Shown piece by piece: positions 30,287-40,408 of a DNA stretch of 64,000 nt. The notes under the pieces are model-generated. The model was not told the origin of the DNA, ran no database searches, and saw nothing but the letters and a program-made list of their open reading frames with translations. This stretch comes from Gemmatales bacterium (GTDB lineage Bacteria; Planctomycetota; Planctomycetia; Gemmatales; HRBIN36). Numbering within the stretch: the stretch's first letter is position 1; each line of letters opens with the position of its first letter. The position numbers and the translations under genes were made by a program. The stretch is taken from the NCBI GenBank assembly GCA_041640595.1, contig JBEPZY010000003.1, positions 476,342-540,341 on the forward strand. The letters are read 5' to 3'.

Positions 30287-30820
30287 ATGCGCCATCAAAA
30301 AGCCGGTCGCAAACTCGGACGCAATGCTGCCCATCGCCGCGCACTGATGCGTAACCTGGCCTGGGCATTGTTCCAGCACGAGCGAGTGGTCACCACAGTG
30401 GCCAAAGCCAAGGAAGTTCGCCGTTTCGTCGAGCGGATTATCACGATCGCGCGCAAAGATACCCTGCATGCGCGGCGACTGGTGCTGGCACGGATGGGCG
30501 GGAAAAAACGCGTCTGGGTTCAGCAAAAGGATGGCCGAGAAATCGAGGTGGACCTGTTCCAGAAATTGTTCCGTGAAATCGCTCCGCGTTATCGAGAGCG
30601 TCCGGGCGGTTACACGCGGGTGGTGAAATTGACCCGCCGTAGAGTTGGCGATGCCGCCCCACTGGCCGTCATCGAACTGGTCAAAGAACCTTACGAGCCG
30701 AAAGAAAAACGCCAGCCTTCCACCCAGGAGGTCGTCCGTCCGGAGGTCACATCACCACCGCCGACCGAATCCTCCTCCGCTCCTGGCTCATCGGAATCCT
30801 CGGCTCCCTCCGCACCATAA
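30287..30820 (+). CDS. rplQ: 50S ribosomal protein L17 with Ser/Pro-rich tail
   Basis: MRHQKAGRKLGR, TTVAKAKE and RPGGYTR motifs. Confidence 0.97.
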   Translation: MRHQKAGRKLGRNAAHRRALMRNLAWALFQHERVVTTVAKAKEVRRFVERIITIARKDTLHARRLVLARMGGKKRVWVQQKDGREIEVDLFQKLFREIAPRYRERPGGYTRVVKLTRRRVGDAAPLAVIELVKEPYEPKEKRQPSTQEVVRPEVTSPPPTESSSAPGSSESSAPSAP

Positions 30821-30901
30821 TCGAAAGTTTGCCCGCCACTGCACCGACGTGCGAGAACTACTGCCACGTTCCCTCTGCACCATAATCGAAAGTTGGCCCG
30901 C
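30805..30901 (+). repeat. 32-bp direct repeat, two copies, period 65
   Basis: TCCCTCCGCACCATAATCGAAAGTTTGCCCGC (30805-30836) versus TCCCTCTGCACCATAATCGAAAGTTGGCCCGC (30870-30901); 2 mismatches. Confidence 0.85.
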
Positions 30902-31052
30902 TCCGGTACGTTCGTCCGCTCTGACTTTGCCCTAATGGAAAGATGGCCAATATCCAAAGCCTTATTGCTGCTCGGGGACGGTATCCTCGGCTTTAGCTTT
31001 GCCGCAGGCCATTCGCATTTGCCTGCAAGCGGGGCGTTGCCGTCTGCTCACC

Positions 31053-32270
31053 CAGGAGCGGCGGGCGTTAGCCCGCCGTGGGTGCTACGATGACGGGCTA
31101 CAATGCCCATCAAGTAATGGTCGGCGCATAGCGACTGTCGAACAAAGAGCGGCGGGTGTTAGCCCGCCGTGGGTGCTACGATGACGGGCTGCAATGCACA
31201 TCGAGCAATGGTCGGCGCATAGCGACTGTCGAACAAAGAGCGGCGGGTGTCAGCCCGCCGTGGGTGCCACGATGACGGGCTGCAATGCACATCGAGCAAT
31301 GGTCGGCGCATAGCGACTGTCGAACAAAGAGCGGCGGGCGTTAGCCCGCCGTGGATCTGGTAGATCGAACGTAGTCCGCGGGGTGCCGCAATTACCCGCA
31401 AGCACGCTACGTAACCCACGGTCGGCTCACGCCGACCGCTCTTGTTGCACGACGCTACGCCCGACCGAAAAATAACGACATCTGCGATGCACGAACGCCC
31501 GTTCACAAGAGCGGCGGGCGTTATCCCGCCGTGGGTGCTACGATGACGGGCTGCAATGCACATCGAGCAATGGTCGGCGCATAGCGACTGTCGAACAAAG
31601 AGCGGCGGGCGTCAGCCCGCCGTGGATTTTCAAACCACGTCTGCAAGTGCCATACGCTGGATTTCCGCGTTGCGAACTCGCATGTGAGTCCATGAATCCA
31701 CGGGGGGCTTACGCCCCCCGCTCTTGTGTAGCCGTGCGAATGTCCGCCGACAAAAAGCGATGTTTACGATGCACGAACGCCCGTTCACAGGAGCGGCGGA
31801 CGTCAGCCCGCCGTGGATTTTCAAACCCCGCTGCAAGTGCCATACGCTGGATTTCCGCGTTGCGAACTCGGTGAGTCCACGGGGGGCTTACGCCCCCCGC
31901 TCTTGTATTGCCGTGCGAATGTCCGTCGACAAAAAAGCGATTTTTGCGATGCACATACGAACGTTCACAAGAGCGGCGGGTGTCAGCCCGCCGTGGGTGC
32001 TACGATCACGGGCTGCAATGCACATCAAGTAATGGTCGGCGCATAGCGACTGTCGAACAAAGAGCGGCGGGTGTCAGCCCGCCGTGGGTCTGGGCAGTCG
32101 AACGTGGTCCGCGGTATGCCGCAAATCTCTTGCAAGCGCGTTTTCGAAGCCACGGTCGGCTCACGCCGACCGCTCTTAGGTAGTTGCGTGGCTGCCGCTG
32201 GAAATGTGCGTTCGTATCTGCGACGACGTTTTGTTTTTCACGGTCGGTTCATGCCGACCGCTCTTGTTGC
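31053..32270. repeat. REP/BIME-like mosaic array 1 (~14 hairpin units in both orientations)
   Basis: Consensus AAGAGCGGCGGGYGTYAGCCCGCCGTGG; 91-bp tandem units at ~31054/31145/31236/31327; inverted variants at ~31415, 31698, 31877, 32150 and 32238. Confidence 0.93.
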
Positions 32271-32465
32271 ACGGCGCTACGCCCGGACACGCTTTGCGGT
32301 AACTTTCAGCGGTCACCGATGTGGATTAAAATTCCAGCATCCTCGATTGAGCCAACGATCAGGTTGTCAGGGCCATCTGCGAGGAAACGAAGGGTCTGCG
32401 TGTGTACGCCCCTTGCAACGCTGAGGCGTTTACGCAGGGCATCCGCGAGGAAATGAAGGGGCAGC

Positions 32466-33575
32466 ATGGCGATACGATTTGAATTGCTGGCACGGGATGG
32501 GCAGGCGCGACTGGGTCGGCTGACGACGCCGCACGGCGTTGTCGAAACGCCGACGTTTATGCCGGTGGGCACGCAGGCTACTGTCAAAGGGTTGTTGCCG
32601 GAGCAGTTACGGGCAGCGGGAGTGCAAATGGTGCTGGCCAACACTTACCATCTCGCCCTGCGTCCCGGTGCGGAATTGATTGCCCAATTGGGAGGACTGC
32701 ATCGCTTCATGGGCTGGGACGGGCCAATCCTGACCGACAGCGGCGGCTATCAGGTGTTCAGCCTGGCGGCTATTCGACGGATAGGTGACTACGGCGTGGA
32801 GTTCCGCTCGCACGTCGACGGCAGTTTGCTCACTCTGACACCGGAACGGGCCGTCGAGATTCAGGAACTGCTCGGCTCGGATATTGCCATGTGTCTGGAC
32901 GAATGTCCGCCGTTTGACGCTGGGGAGACAGTTCTCCGCGAGGCCGTGCGGCGTACCTGCCATTGGGCGGAGCGGTGTCGGCAAGCGCATCGCCGTTCTG
33001 ACCAGGCCCTGTTTGCCATCGTCCAGGGTGGATTGGACCTCGCATTGCGGCAGCAATGCGCTCGCACCCTGATAGATATGGATTTTCCCGGCTATGCTCT
33101 GGGCGGATTCAGTGTGGGGGAACCGCCGGCCTCGATGTATCCGGTGGTGGCGGCTACTGCCGGGATGCTTCCCGAAAATAAGCCTCGCTACTTGATGGGT
33201 GTGGGTAGGCCCCAGGACATTCTCGAAGCCGTAGCTGCGGGCGTGGATATGTTTGACTGCGTGTTGCCGACACGCAATGGCCGGAATGCCCAGGCTTTCG
33301 TGCGTGGCGGTGTTTTACGTTTGCGTAACGCCGTCCATCGCACTGATCCGCGCCCGCTGGAAGACGGTTGCCCCTGTCCTGCCTGCCAGCATTACTCCCG
33401 CGCTTATCTGCATCATCTGTTTCACGCTGAGGAAATGCTGGGCCCGATCCTGTTATCCCTGCACAATATCACCTTCTATCAGCGGTGGATGGCGGAAATC
33501 CGACAGGCGATCGCTGCGGGACGATTTGCGGAATACCGTGCGGCTCGCCTTGCCCAATACGGCTCCGACAATTAG
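32466..33575 (+). CDS. tgt: tRNA-guanine transglycosylase
   Basis: [31 protein letters not shown] and [10 protein letters not shown] motifs; Zn ligands CPCPAC. Confidence 0.97.
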   Translation: MAIRFELLARDGQARLGRLTTPHGVVETPTFMPVGTQATVKGLLPEQLRAAGVQMVLANTYHLALRPGAELIAQLGGLHRFMGWDGPILTDSGGYQVFSLAAIRRIGDYGVEFRSHVDGSLLTLTPERAVEIQELLGSDIAMCLDECPPFDAGETVLREAVRRTCHWAERCRQAHRRSDQALFAIVQGGLDLALRQQCARTLIDMDFPGYALGGFSVGEPPASMYPVVAATAGMLPENKPRYLMGVGRPQDILEAVAAGVDMFDCVLPTRNGRNAQAFVRGGVLRLRNAVHRTDPRPLEDGCPCPACQHYSRAYLHHLFHAEEMLGPILLSLHNITFYQRWMAEIRQAIAAGRFAEYRAARLAQYGSDN

Positions 33576-33704
33576 GATAAGCTGGCCGGTCGGCTCACGT
33601 TGATGGAGCCTCCGCAAGCCCTTCCTGGGTGTGATGGGCGGCTAAGTGTCCGGACGGCTTCCAACTCCCGCTCGGCTTTGACTCAGTAACCGGAGCACAG
33701 CTCC

Positions 33705-34130
33705 ATGATTCTTGCAACGATCCCGTCATTCTCGATGCTCACAGCAATGCCATCGGCCAGCTTTCTGCTGGCGCAACAGCCTGATCCGTTCGGCGGATGG
33801 GGTTTCTTCGTTCCCATTATCCTCATGTTCATTCTGTTCTGGTTCTTGCTGATTCGGCCGGCACAGAAACGGGAAAAAGAACGCCAGCAGATGCTGGCTT
33901 CAATACGCAAACATGATGAGGTGATCACTGCCGGCGGCATCATTGGTCGGGTCGTCGGTATCCAGGAAAAAGCGGAAGGGATCGCCGGCGGAGAAGATGT
34001 GCTGCGTATCGAAGTGGACGATGGAACCCACCTGCGGGTGCTCCGTTCCATGATCATCAAAGTCCGCGGGAAAGAAGACGGCAGCGGATCCAAATCCGAC
34101 CAATCCGCCGCCGATTCCAAAAAGAGCTGA
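33705..34130 (+). CDS. yajC: Preprotein translocase subunit YajC
   Basis: TM helix, then LIRPAQKREKE and DEVITAGGIIG; located between tgt and secDF. Confidence 0.93.
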   Translation: MILATIPSFSMLTAMPSASFLLAQQPDPFGGWGFFVPIILMFILFWFLLIRPAQKREKERQQMLASIRKHDEVITAGGIIGRVVGIQEKAEGIAGGEDVLRIEVDDGTHLRVLRSMIIKVRGKEDGSGSKSDQSAADSKKS

Positions 34131-34216
34131 CCAGGAAATCGCAAAAGCGGTGGGCTTCGGCTCATCGGGCTATTGGACATCGCGGTAGGTGTCCGCCTGC
34201 CGTGGAGGAGTAAGGA

Positions 34217-37200
34217 ATGCTGCGACGGTTCTTCTGGCCGATTGTCATCTGCGTGGTGCCGATCGTGGTGTCGGCCTGGATCGTGACTGCGGCAACGCTG
34301 AACATGCTCGATCCGCAGTCAGAAGGCGGCTTGCGTTTCAATATGGGCGTGGACCTGGCTGGCGGTACCATCCTGGTGTACGAAGTCGATCGCGACTGGT
34401 GGTACAACCGCCTGAGCGACAATGAACGAGCCGAGTTCGACAGCACCCGTTTAGCCAACGCGCTGAAACGCCGCATCGATCCTGCCGACTTGCAGCAAAT
34501 CACCATTCGCCCCATTCAGACGACCCCACCCCGCGTGGAAATCATTTTGCCGCTGCGTCCCGGTCGGCAGCAGACCGACATCGAGCGTGTCAAAAACGCC
34601 ATCGGTCAAGTGGGCAAGCTGGAATTCCGTCTGGTCGCCGATGTCCGCGACCGCGACCTGAACAACCGTGAAGTCGGTCGGGAGATCTTCCAGCGCGTTC
34701 AGGCAGCCGTCAAAGACTACGTTGCCGATGAGCATAACCTGCCACCGGTGCCGACAGATTATCCACCTCTGCCGGAACCTTCCCTGCTGGAATGGGTAGA
34801 GCTGGCCGAAAATGTGGTGCGCGAGTTAACCAAGCCGCGCGACGGTCAATCACCCCAGTTACCAGAAGGTTTTCAGGAAAGCGGCAACATCGCCTTCTAC
34901 CATGCCCCGACGGTGAAGCGGCACTTCCTGCTGACACGCAAACACGCCAACGAATCCCTGGCGGTAGTCGGTGAGGACCTGGCTGCGGTGTGGAAAGGTC
35001 CGGGACGACGTGGCGAACTGGTGGTGCATTTCAGCATGAAGGCCCAGGGGGCAGAAAAATTGTTCGCCCTGACCGAACCGGTTGGCCACCATATGGCGAT
35101 CATCCTCGACAACAAAGTTTTCTCCTACCCGGTGTTGCAAGCCCGACTGCGCGACGGAGGCATTATCGAAATGGGCGGTTACACGGGGAGGGAGTTGCGG
35201 GAAAAGGTGGAGGAACTGGTACAGGTACTGCAATCCGGTGCGTTACCAGCCACGCTCAACCGCGTGCCGGTCAGCGAAATGAGCATGGGGCCGGGCCTCG
35301 GTCAGGACACCATCCGTGCCGGTCGCAACGCGGTGATATTGTCGTTTGTGGCCGTGGTCGTGTTCATGATCATCTACTACCGGTTTGCTGGGCTGGTGGC
35401 GAGCATTGCCCTGCTGGCCAACCTGTTGATTACGGTAGCGTTTATGGTCTTTTTCAACGCCACCTTCACGCTCCCTGGACTGGCCGGGCTGGTGCTCATG
35501 CTCGGTATGGCCGTGGATGCCAACGTGCTCATCTACGAACGTCTGCGCGAGGAGCGCGATCGCGGAGCCAGCCTGGTTCTGGCTCTGCGCAACGGCTATG
35601 AACGGGCTCTGCCTACCATCCTCGATACCCACCTGACCAGCATCTTTACCGCCGTCGTCCTTTACGTCGTTGGCAACGACCAGCTGAAAGGTTTTGGCGT
35701 CAGCTTGACCGTCGGCTTGATCATCAGTCTGTTTACTGCGCTGTACATGACGCGGGTGATATTCAACATCTGGCACCATAAAGGCTGGCTCAAGAATCTC
35801 AGCATGCTCCGCTTCTTCCATCAGCCGAACATTGATTTCATGCGGGTTCGCTATTACTGGTTCACGGCGACGGTGGTGCTTTCGATCGTGGGAATGGCTG
35901 TCTTTATCGTTCGCGGTGAAAAGGGACTGGCCATTGATTTCACCGGCGGCACCGGCTACCACATCGTCTTCAAAGAACCCAAGTCCATTGACGAAGTTCG
36001 TCGGCGGCTGAGTGAGCAGGAAGTTCTGCCGGATGTGACCGTGGATGCACTGTACCGGGGTGGTGAAACCTTCGGCAACACCCGCGAATTTATCATCCGC
36101 ACCACCCTGCGCCGACCGGTTCAGGACCCCAGCGGGCGAACGCTGATGGTCTTCGACCCCGAAGAGGTCAAACGCCGCGTCATGCAGACCTTCGGCGACG
36201 AACTCGATTATGTGCAGGTACGCGCGGAAGTCAGAGAGCTCAAGGACGAAAGCGGTTATCGCTGGCAGATCGAGTTGACCGATAGCGATCCGCCGGTGCC
36301 AGCAGAAAAATTGCGTGGCATCGTGGCGGAAGGCGAGACACCGACCCTGGCGCAATTGCGTCAGGCCGATGTCAATCGCATCTTCCCTGTGACCAGCACG
36401 CGCGTCAGCGGCGTGGTATCGCGATGGTTTGCCGATCAGCAGGTGCCCAGGCCGGATCAATACTACACCGTGCAAGACACTGTGCGCGAAGAACAGACAC
36501 CCGACGGTCAGCCCGGCTGGCGACCGGTAACGCTGCTCCGCCTGCGTTTCCCCGAAAGTTGGACTCAGGATAACCCGCAGGCGCTGGTGCAACATCTGAC
36601 CGAATCACTGAGCGGCCCCAAGTCCGAACGCCTGGAAAACTTTGACAGCCAGGTGGCACGCGAGGTGCAGCTGACGGCGATGCAGGCGATCGTGTTGAGC
36701 TGGCTGGCAATCATCGGCTATCTCTGGTTCCGGTTCGGCAACTGGACGTTTGGCGTGGCGGCAGTGCTCTGTCTGATTCACGACGTGCTTTTCTCGGCAG
36801 GCCTGGTCGGAATAGCGTCGTATTTCGCAGAATATTTCCCCACGCTCGCCAGCTGGCTGCTCCTCGAAGAGTTCAAAATGGACCTTTCGGGCGTGGCGGC
36901 ACTGCTGACGCTCATTGGTTTTTCCGTCAACGATACCATTGTGGTGTTCGACCGCATCAAGGAAGTGCGCGGCAAAAGCCCGATACTGACGCCGCAGATG
37001 ATCAATATCAGTGTCAACCAGACGCTCAGCCGCACTATTCTGACCTCGCTGACCGCATTTTTAGTGGTCGCGGTGTTGTATGTTCTGGGCGGGCCGGGAG
37101 TGCATCTGTTCTCGTTTATCATGATGGTCGGCGTGGTAATCGGTACGTACAGTTCCATTTTCGTGGCCAGTCCACTGCTGCTGATTCTGGGCGAAGGCCA

Positions 37201-37243
37201 ATCGGCAGAAGCAACTCGCAGCCCCGTGGCAACGCGGGCATGA
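34217..37243 (+). CDS. secDF: Fused protein translocase subunit SecDF
   Basis: SecD motifs GVDLAGG and GMAVDANVLIYER; SecF motifs IDFTGG and GFSVNDTIVVFDRI, QTLSRT. Confidence 0.96.
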   Translation: MLRRFFWPIVICVVPIVVSAWIVTAATLNMLDPQSEGGLRFNMGVDLAGGTILVYEVDRDWWYNRLSDNERAEFDSTRLANALKRRIDPADLQQITIRPIQTTPPRVEIILPLRPGRQQTDIERVKNAIGQVGKLEFRLVADVRDRDLNNREVGREIFQRVQAAVKDYVADEHNLPPVPTDYPPLPEPSLLEWVELAENVVRELTKPRDGQSPQLPEGFQESGNIAFYHAPTVKRHFLLTRKHANESLAVVGEDLAAVWKGPGRRGELVVHFSMKAQGAEKLFALTEPVGHHMAIILDNKVFSYPVLQARLRDGGIIEMGGYTGRELREKVEELVQVLQSGALPATLNRVPVSEMSMGPGLGQDTIRAGRNAVILSFVAVVVFMIIYYRFAGLVASIALLANLLITVAFMVFFNATFTLPGLAGLVLMLGMAVDANVLIYERLREERDRGASLVLALRNGYERALPTILDTHLTSIFTAVVLYVVGNDQLKGFGVSLTVGLIISLFTALYMTRVIFNIWHHKGWLKNLSMLRFFHQPNIDFMRVRYYWFTATVVLSIVGMAVFIVRGEKGLAIDFTGGTGYHIVFKEPKSIDEVRRRLSEQEVLPDVTVDALYRGGETFGNTREFIIRTTLRRPVQDPSGRTLMVFDPEEVKRRVMQTFGDELDYVQVRAEVRELKDESGYRWQIELTDSDPPVPAEKLRGIVAEGETPTLAQLRQADVNRIFPVTSTRVSGVVSRWFADQQVPRPDQYYTVQDTVREEQTPDGQPGWRPVTLLRLRFPESWTQDNPQALVQHLTESLSGPKSERLENFDSQVAREVQLTAMQAIVLSWLAIIGYLWFRFGNWTFGVAAVLCLIHDVLFSAGLVGIASYFAEYFPTLASWLLLEEFKMDLSGVAALLTLIGFSVNDTIVVFDRIKEVRGKSPILTPQMINISVNQTLSRTILTSLTAFLVVAVLYVLGGPGVHLFSFIMMVGVVIGTYSSIFVASPLLLILGEGQSAEATRSPVATRA

Positions 37244-37442
37244 CATGCCCGGCTTTTCCTTCGGAACGGGCGATTAAGACCAGCAGGCAAAAAGTGCCGT
37301 TTTTGTGCTGTTTCCGCGAGGTACAACGCAGACGTCGACCACGAAAAAGGGTGGTCGTGGTGGCTCGAGGTTTTTGTGCTGTTCATGCGAAGTACAACGC
37401 ACACTGCGGGACTGCGGATTTCGTTACCGGCGAATAAAACCA

Positions 37443-37880
37443 CCACGGCGGGCTGACGCCCGCCGCTCTGGGCTGTCCGTCTGGCAGTTGCCGAACAATG
37501 CGCGGTTTTTGCGTTACAGCGTTGGTATTGCCTACCCACGGCGGGCTGACGCCCGCCGCTCTTTTTCGGCGTGCGTTTGTACATAGCAAAAGTCGTTTTT
37601 TCGCCGGCAACCGTTCGCGCAGCAATTCAAGAGCGGGGGGCGTAAGCCCCCCGTGGGTTCGCTACCGCTACTGCACCGGCGTTCGTGAGCATGGTGCCGG
37701 CAGTCTCCCGCGACTTTGCGGCAACGATCCCGCTAGTACGTTTTCCGAACCCACGGCGGGCTGACGCTCGCCGCTCTGGGCTGTCCGTCTGGCAGTTGCC
37801 GAACAATGCGCGGTTTTTGCGTTACAGCGTTGGTATTGCCTACCCACGGCGGGCTGACGCGTGCGGCTCTGGGCTGACGC
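37443..37880. repeat. REP/BIME-like mosaic array 2 between convergent genes
   Basis: Reverse copies CCACGGCGGGCTGACGCCCGCCGCTCT at ~37443, 37536, 37751 and 37844 (degenerate); forward G-rich variant at 37628; ~110-bp duplication with period 308. Confidence 0.92.
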
Positions 37881-37978
37881 TCACCTCGCCGTTTCGCGTC
37901 GCGCAGCTCGCAGCGAACGCGAAAAACGTCTGCCGTTTCTGGAAACGCTTGTGTCCGGCTCGACGGTGGAGGTTTCGC

Positions 37979-40408
37979 TTATCGTCCTGACCGCGCGCTG
38001 CTGGCGTCCGGATTGGTCTGAGCCAGGAAGCAGTCCCGGAGTCCCGCCGGCTCGAGGGTGTTCGGCTGCCGGCGTTCCGGATTGGTATGGGCTTGCACGG
38101 CCGTCCAGGCCAGCCAGGCCGCTACCAGCACCAGCAGCATGACCAGCGACCTTCGCCACCAGCGAAGATGCAACCGGCTGCCGCTTACACTGCCGAAAAT
38201 CCCGCAGGCGGCACACAACCCAATCAGCACAGTTACCAGGCAGGTCTCCAGGACAAATAACCAGCGGCGGCTCGTCGTCGGACGGTCCAGCCATTGCGAA
38301 ATCAGCTGGCCCAGACTGTCATTGGCAGACAAAGAGGAGCCTGGAACTCGGCGTGGTGGCTGGCCTGGCACAAATGGCGGGGTTGGCGAAGTCAGTACCG
38401 GCGGGTCGGTTTGTTGCTGACGGGCGTATTGTCGCAGGCGTTCCACCAGGGAGCGTTCCAGGCGACAGGCCTGACGGTGAGCGTGAGCCAGTAGGAGGGC
38501 CTGGTCATGATCCTGACAAACCAGGCCGTCCGCCAGCGAAAACGGGATTGCCTCATCGCTCTCCGACCCGTTTGGTGAAGCGGAACACCATTGCGTTCGG
38601 GCCGGGATCAGCTCGTTGCACCCCTGTGCAGGCATTGGCATGACCGACGAGGTCGGCCCACGCTGATCCGTAATTGTGTCGAATGCGAATGCGGCAAGAG
38701 GAACACCGAGGGGCGTGTGCTGCCAGCCAACCGGTTTGCTGCCGCCAGGTTCGAGCTTCCAGTGCAATTGCAGGGGAGTCAACAGCCCGCGGGTATCGCG
38801 CAGGTGCAGCCAGACACCGGACGGAGCATTTGCTGGCCGACGTAACCGCGTCTGGTAAACGCTCACGAATGTCGGTGCATTCGCGGTATCGTTGCCCGGC
38901 CGAACTGCATAACGGCGACGTTCCAGCCCGACTTCGGGAGCCAGCTGGTGCCCAAGGTCATCGGTCATGGTGATTTTCACTTCGGTGATGAGCTCCAGTG
39001 GTCGCAGTTCGCGCGGCTCGACGGGAATCACCTGAACGAACAATTCCTCGGGTTGCGGCAAAGGTAAGCAAGCTACCGCCGGCAGATAGGCAAAGCTGTT
39101 CATAGGAAGCCGCACCTGGCTGATGCAACGGCTGAGACTGCCGGACTCAATGGGCACTTCAATTTCTGGCCACGCTTCTCGATTCCCTTCCTGTTTGGGG
39201 AGCCGCACTGTCCATTGCTGCAAGTGCTGCAAAGATTCCACGGGCACCCGATCGCGGCCAATAACTTGCACATTGTTCGTGGCGGCATTTTCAAAACCTG
39301 GTCGGATTTGTTGCGGAACCAGCAAACTTTGTGGCCCGGCCGGAGAGGCAACCGTCGCGTTGTTGTTGACCGACGTCGAAGGAGGCATCGCAGGAGCATT
39401 TCTGACCGCATCTGCCAGCGCCTGGCGAGACAGGTTATCGTGTTCCCAACGGCTCAGCGGAAAATCCAGAATTTCCACCTGAGCCAGGAATCGGTCTGCC
39501 GGACTGGCAACCACCCGCACAACGGCAAACCGTTCGGCCAGAGAAAGCCCGGCCGGGAAATTCTCCTGCCTCGCGGCCCCCTGGTTAGCGGCGCCAGCGG
39601 ACCGGCCTTGCGGTTTGCCACTGTCAAGAGCCAGCGCTCCTTTTTCAGCCGCAGGCCGATCCACGGCAGGTCCGGTACCGCTCCCGGGACGGCCTGGAAA
39701 CGCACCTTCTGCTGGCGCGCTTGCAGGCGCTTGCAGTAGCGAACCGGCCTGTCCACGCGGTAAGCCAGCATCGGCCTGCTGAACGGGTGCTCCTGGCGAC
39801 AATTCAATGCCCCTGCGAAGCTGCTTCTCCGTTGGCGAATGGGCTGATTGCGGTTCGGCCTCACACAGGGGCGATGCCGATTTATCCGCCGAGCGAGGAG
39901 CGGCACCAAACTGTCGAACCGGAGCGCGGATTGGCTCGGTTGATGTCAGATTCTCCGGCTCAGCATAACCCGTTAGCGGCCCAGACGATTTTCTCGAGCC
40001 GCTTTCCAGCGCACTTCGGTCCGGTGGAGAAGAACGCATGGCCCAGTCGGGAGCCAGGTGGCTAGTCGAGGTCGCCAACCAGATGGCCAGACCGCACGCC
40101 AAGAGCAAACAGGCGGCCAGAAGCCATAGCGGTAAATGCTCCTGAATCCAGCTCGCCCACGCCGGCTTACCCGCTTCTGTTTGCTGCGGTGCCAGTACGG
40201 ACAGAGGTGGAGCCTCGAATCGGACATCTTCAAACGACCAGCAGGCAGCTTGCGCCAGCCAGCGCTGCTCCTGGTAAGCGCGTTCCTGAGCCGACTGGCA
40301 GGCTGGACAGTCTGCCAGATGCGCTTCCAGGTCCCGACGCTGGTCCTCTTCCAGCAAGCCGTACAGGTGCTCCAGCAGCAGTTGCTGATACTCGGTGCAG
40401 TTCTTCAT
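37979..40408 (-). CDS. Large membrane-anchored putative anti-sigma factor (zf-HC2 N-terminus)
   Basis: HLADCPAC (HxxxCxxC) motif, a TM helix, a long Pro/Ala/Ser-rich region and two C-terminal hydrophobic helices; ATGA overlap with the sigma gene. Confidence 0.75.
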   Translation of the reverse strand: MKNCTEYQQLLLEHLYGLLEEDQRRDLEAHLADCPACQSAQERAYQEQRWLAQAACWSFEDVRFEAPPLSVLAPQQTEAGKPAWASWIQEHLPLWLLAACLLLACGLAIWLATSTSHLAPDWAMRSSPPDRSALESGSRKSSGPLTGYAEPENLTSTEPIRAPVRQFGAAPRSADKSASPLCEAEPQSAHSPTEKQLRRGIELSPGAPVQQADAGLPRGQAGSLLQAPASAPAEGAFPGRPGSGTGPAVDRPAAEKGALALDSGKPQGRSAGAANQGAARQENFPAGLSLAERFAVVRVVASPADRFLAQVEILDFPLSRWEHDNLSRQALADAVRNAPAMPPSTSVNNNATVASPAGPQSLLVPQQIRPGFENAATNNVQVIGRDRVPVESLQHLQQWTVRLPKQEGNREAWPEIEVPIESGSLSRCISQVRLPMNSFAYLPAVACLPLPQPEELFVQVIPVEPRELRPLELITEVKITMTDDLGHQLAPEVGLERRRYAVRPGNDTANAPTFVSVYQTRLRRPANAPSGVWLHLRDTRGLLTPLQLHWKLEPGGSKPVGWQHTPLGVPLAAFAFDTITDQRGPTSSVMPMPAQGCNELIPARTQWCSASPNGSESDEAIPFSLADGLVCQDHDQALLLAHAHRQACRLERSLVERLRQYARQQQTDPPVLTSPTPPFVPGQPPRRVPGSSLSANDSLGQLISQWLDRPTTSRRWLFVLETCLVTVLIGLCAACGIFGSVSGSRLHLRWWRRSLVMLLVLVAAWLAWTAVQAHTNPERRQPNTLEPAGLRDCFLAQTNPDASSARSGR

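Noticed and set aside
31053..32270. CRISPR array interpretation of the ~28-bp palindromic repeats
   Set aside because: The intervening sequences are themselves repeated rather than unique, repeats occur in both orientations, and no cas genes are present
30893..32456. Numerous short ORFs across REP array 1 (and likewise 37240-37990)
   Set aside because: They are translations of the repeat in several frames, with no RBS or domain-like content
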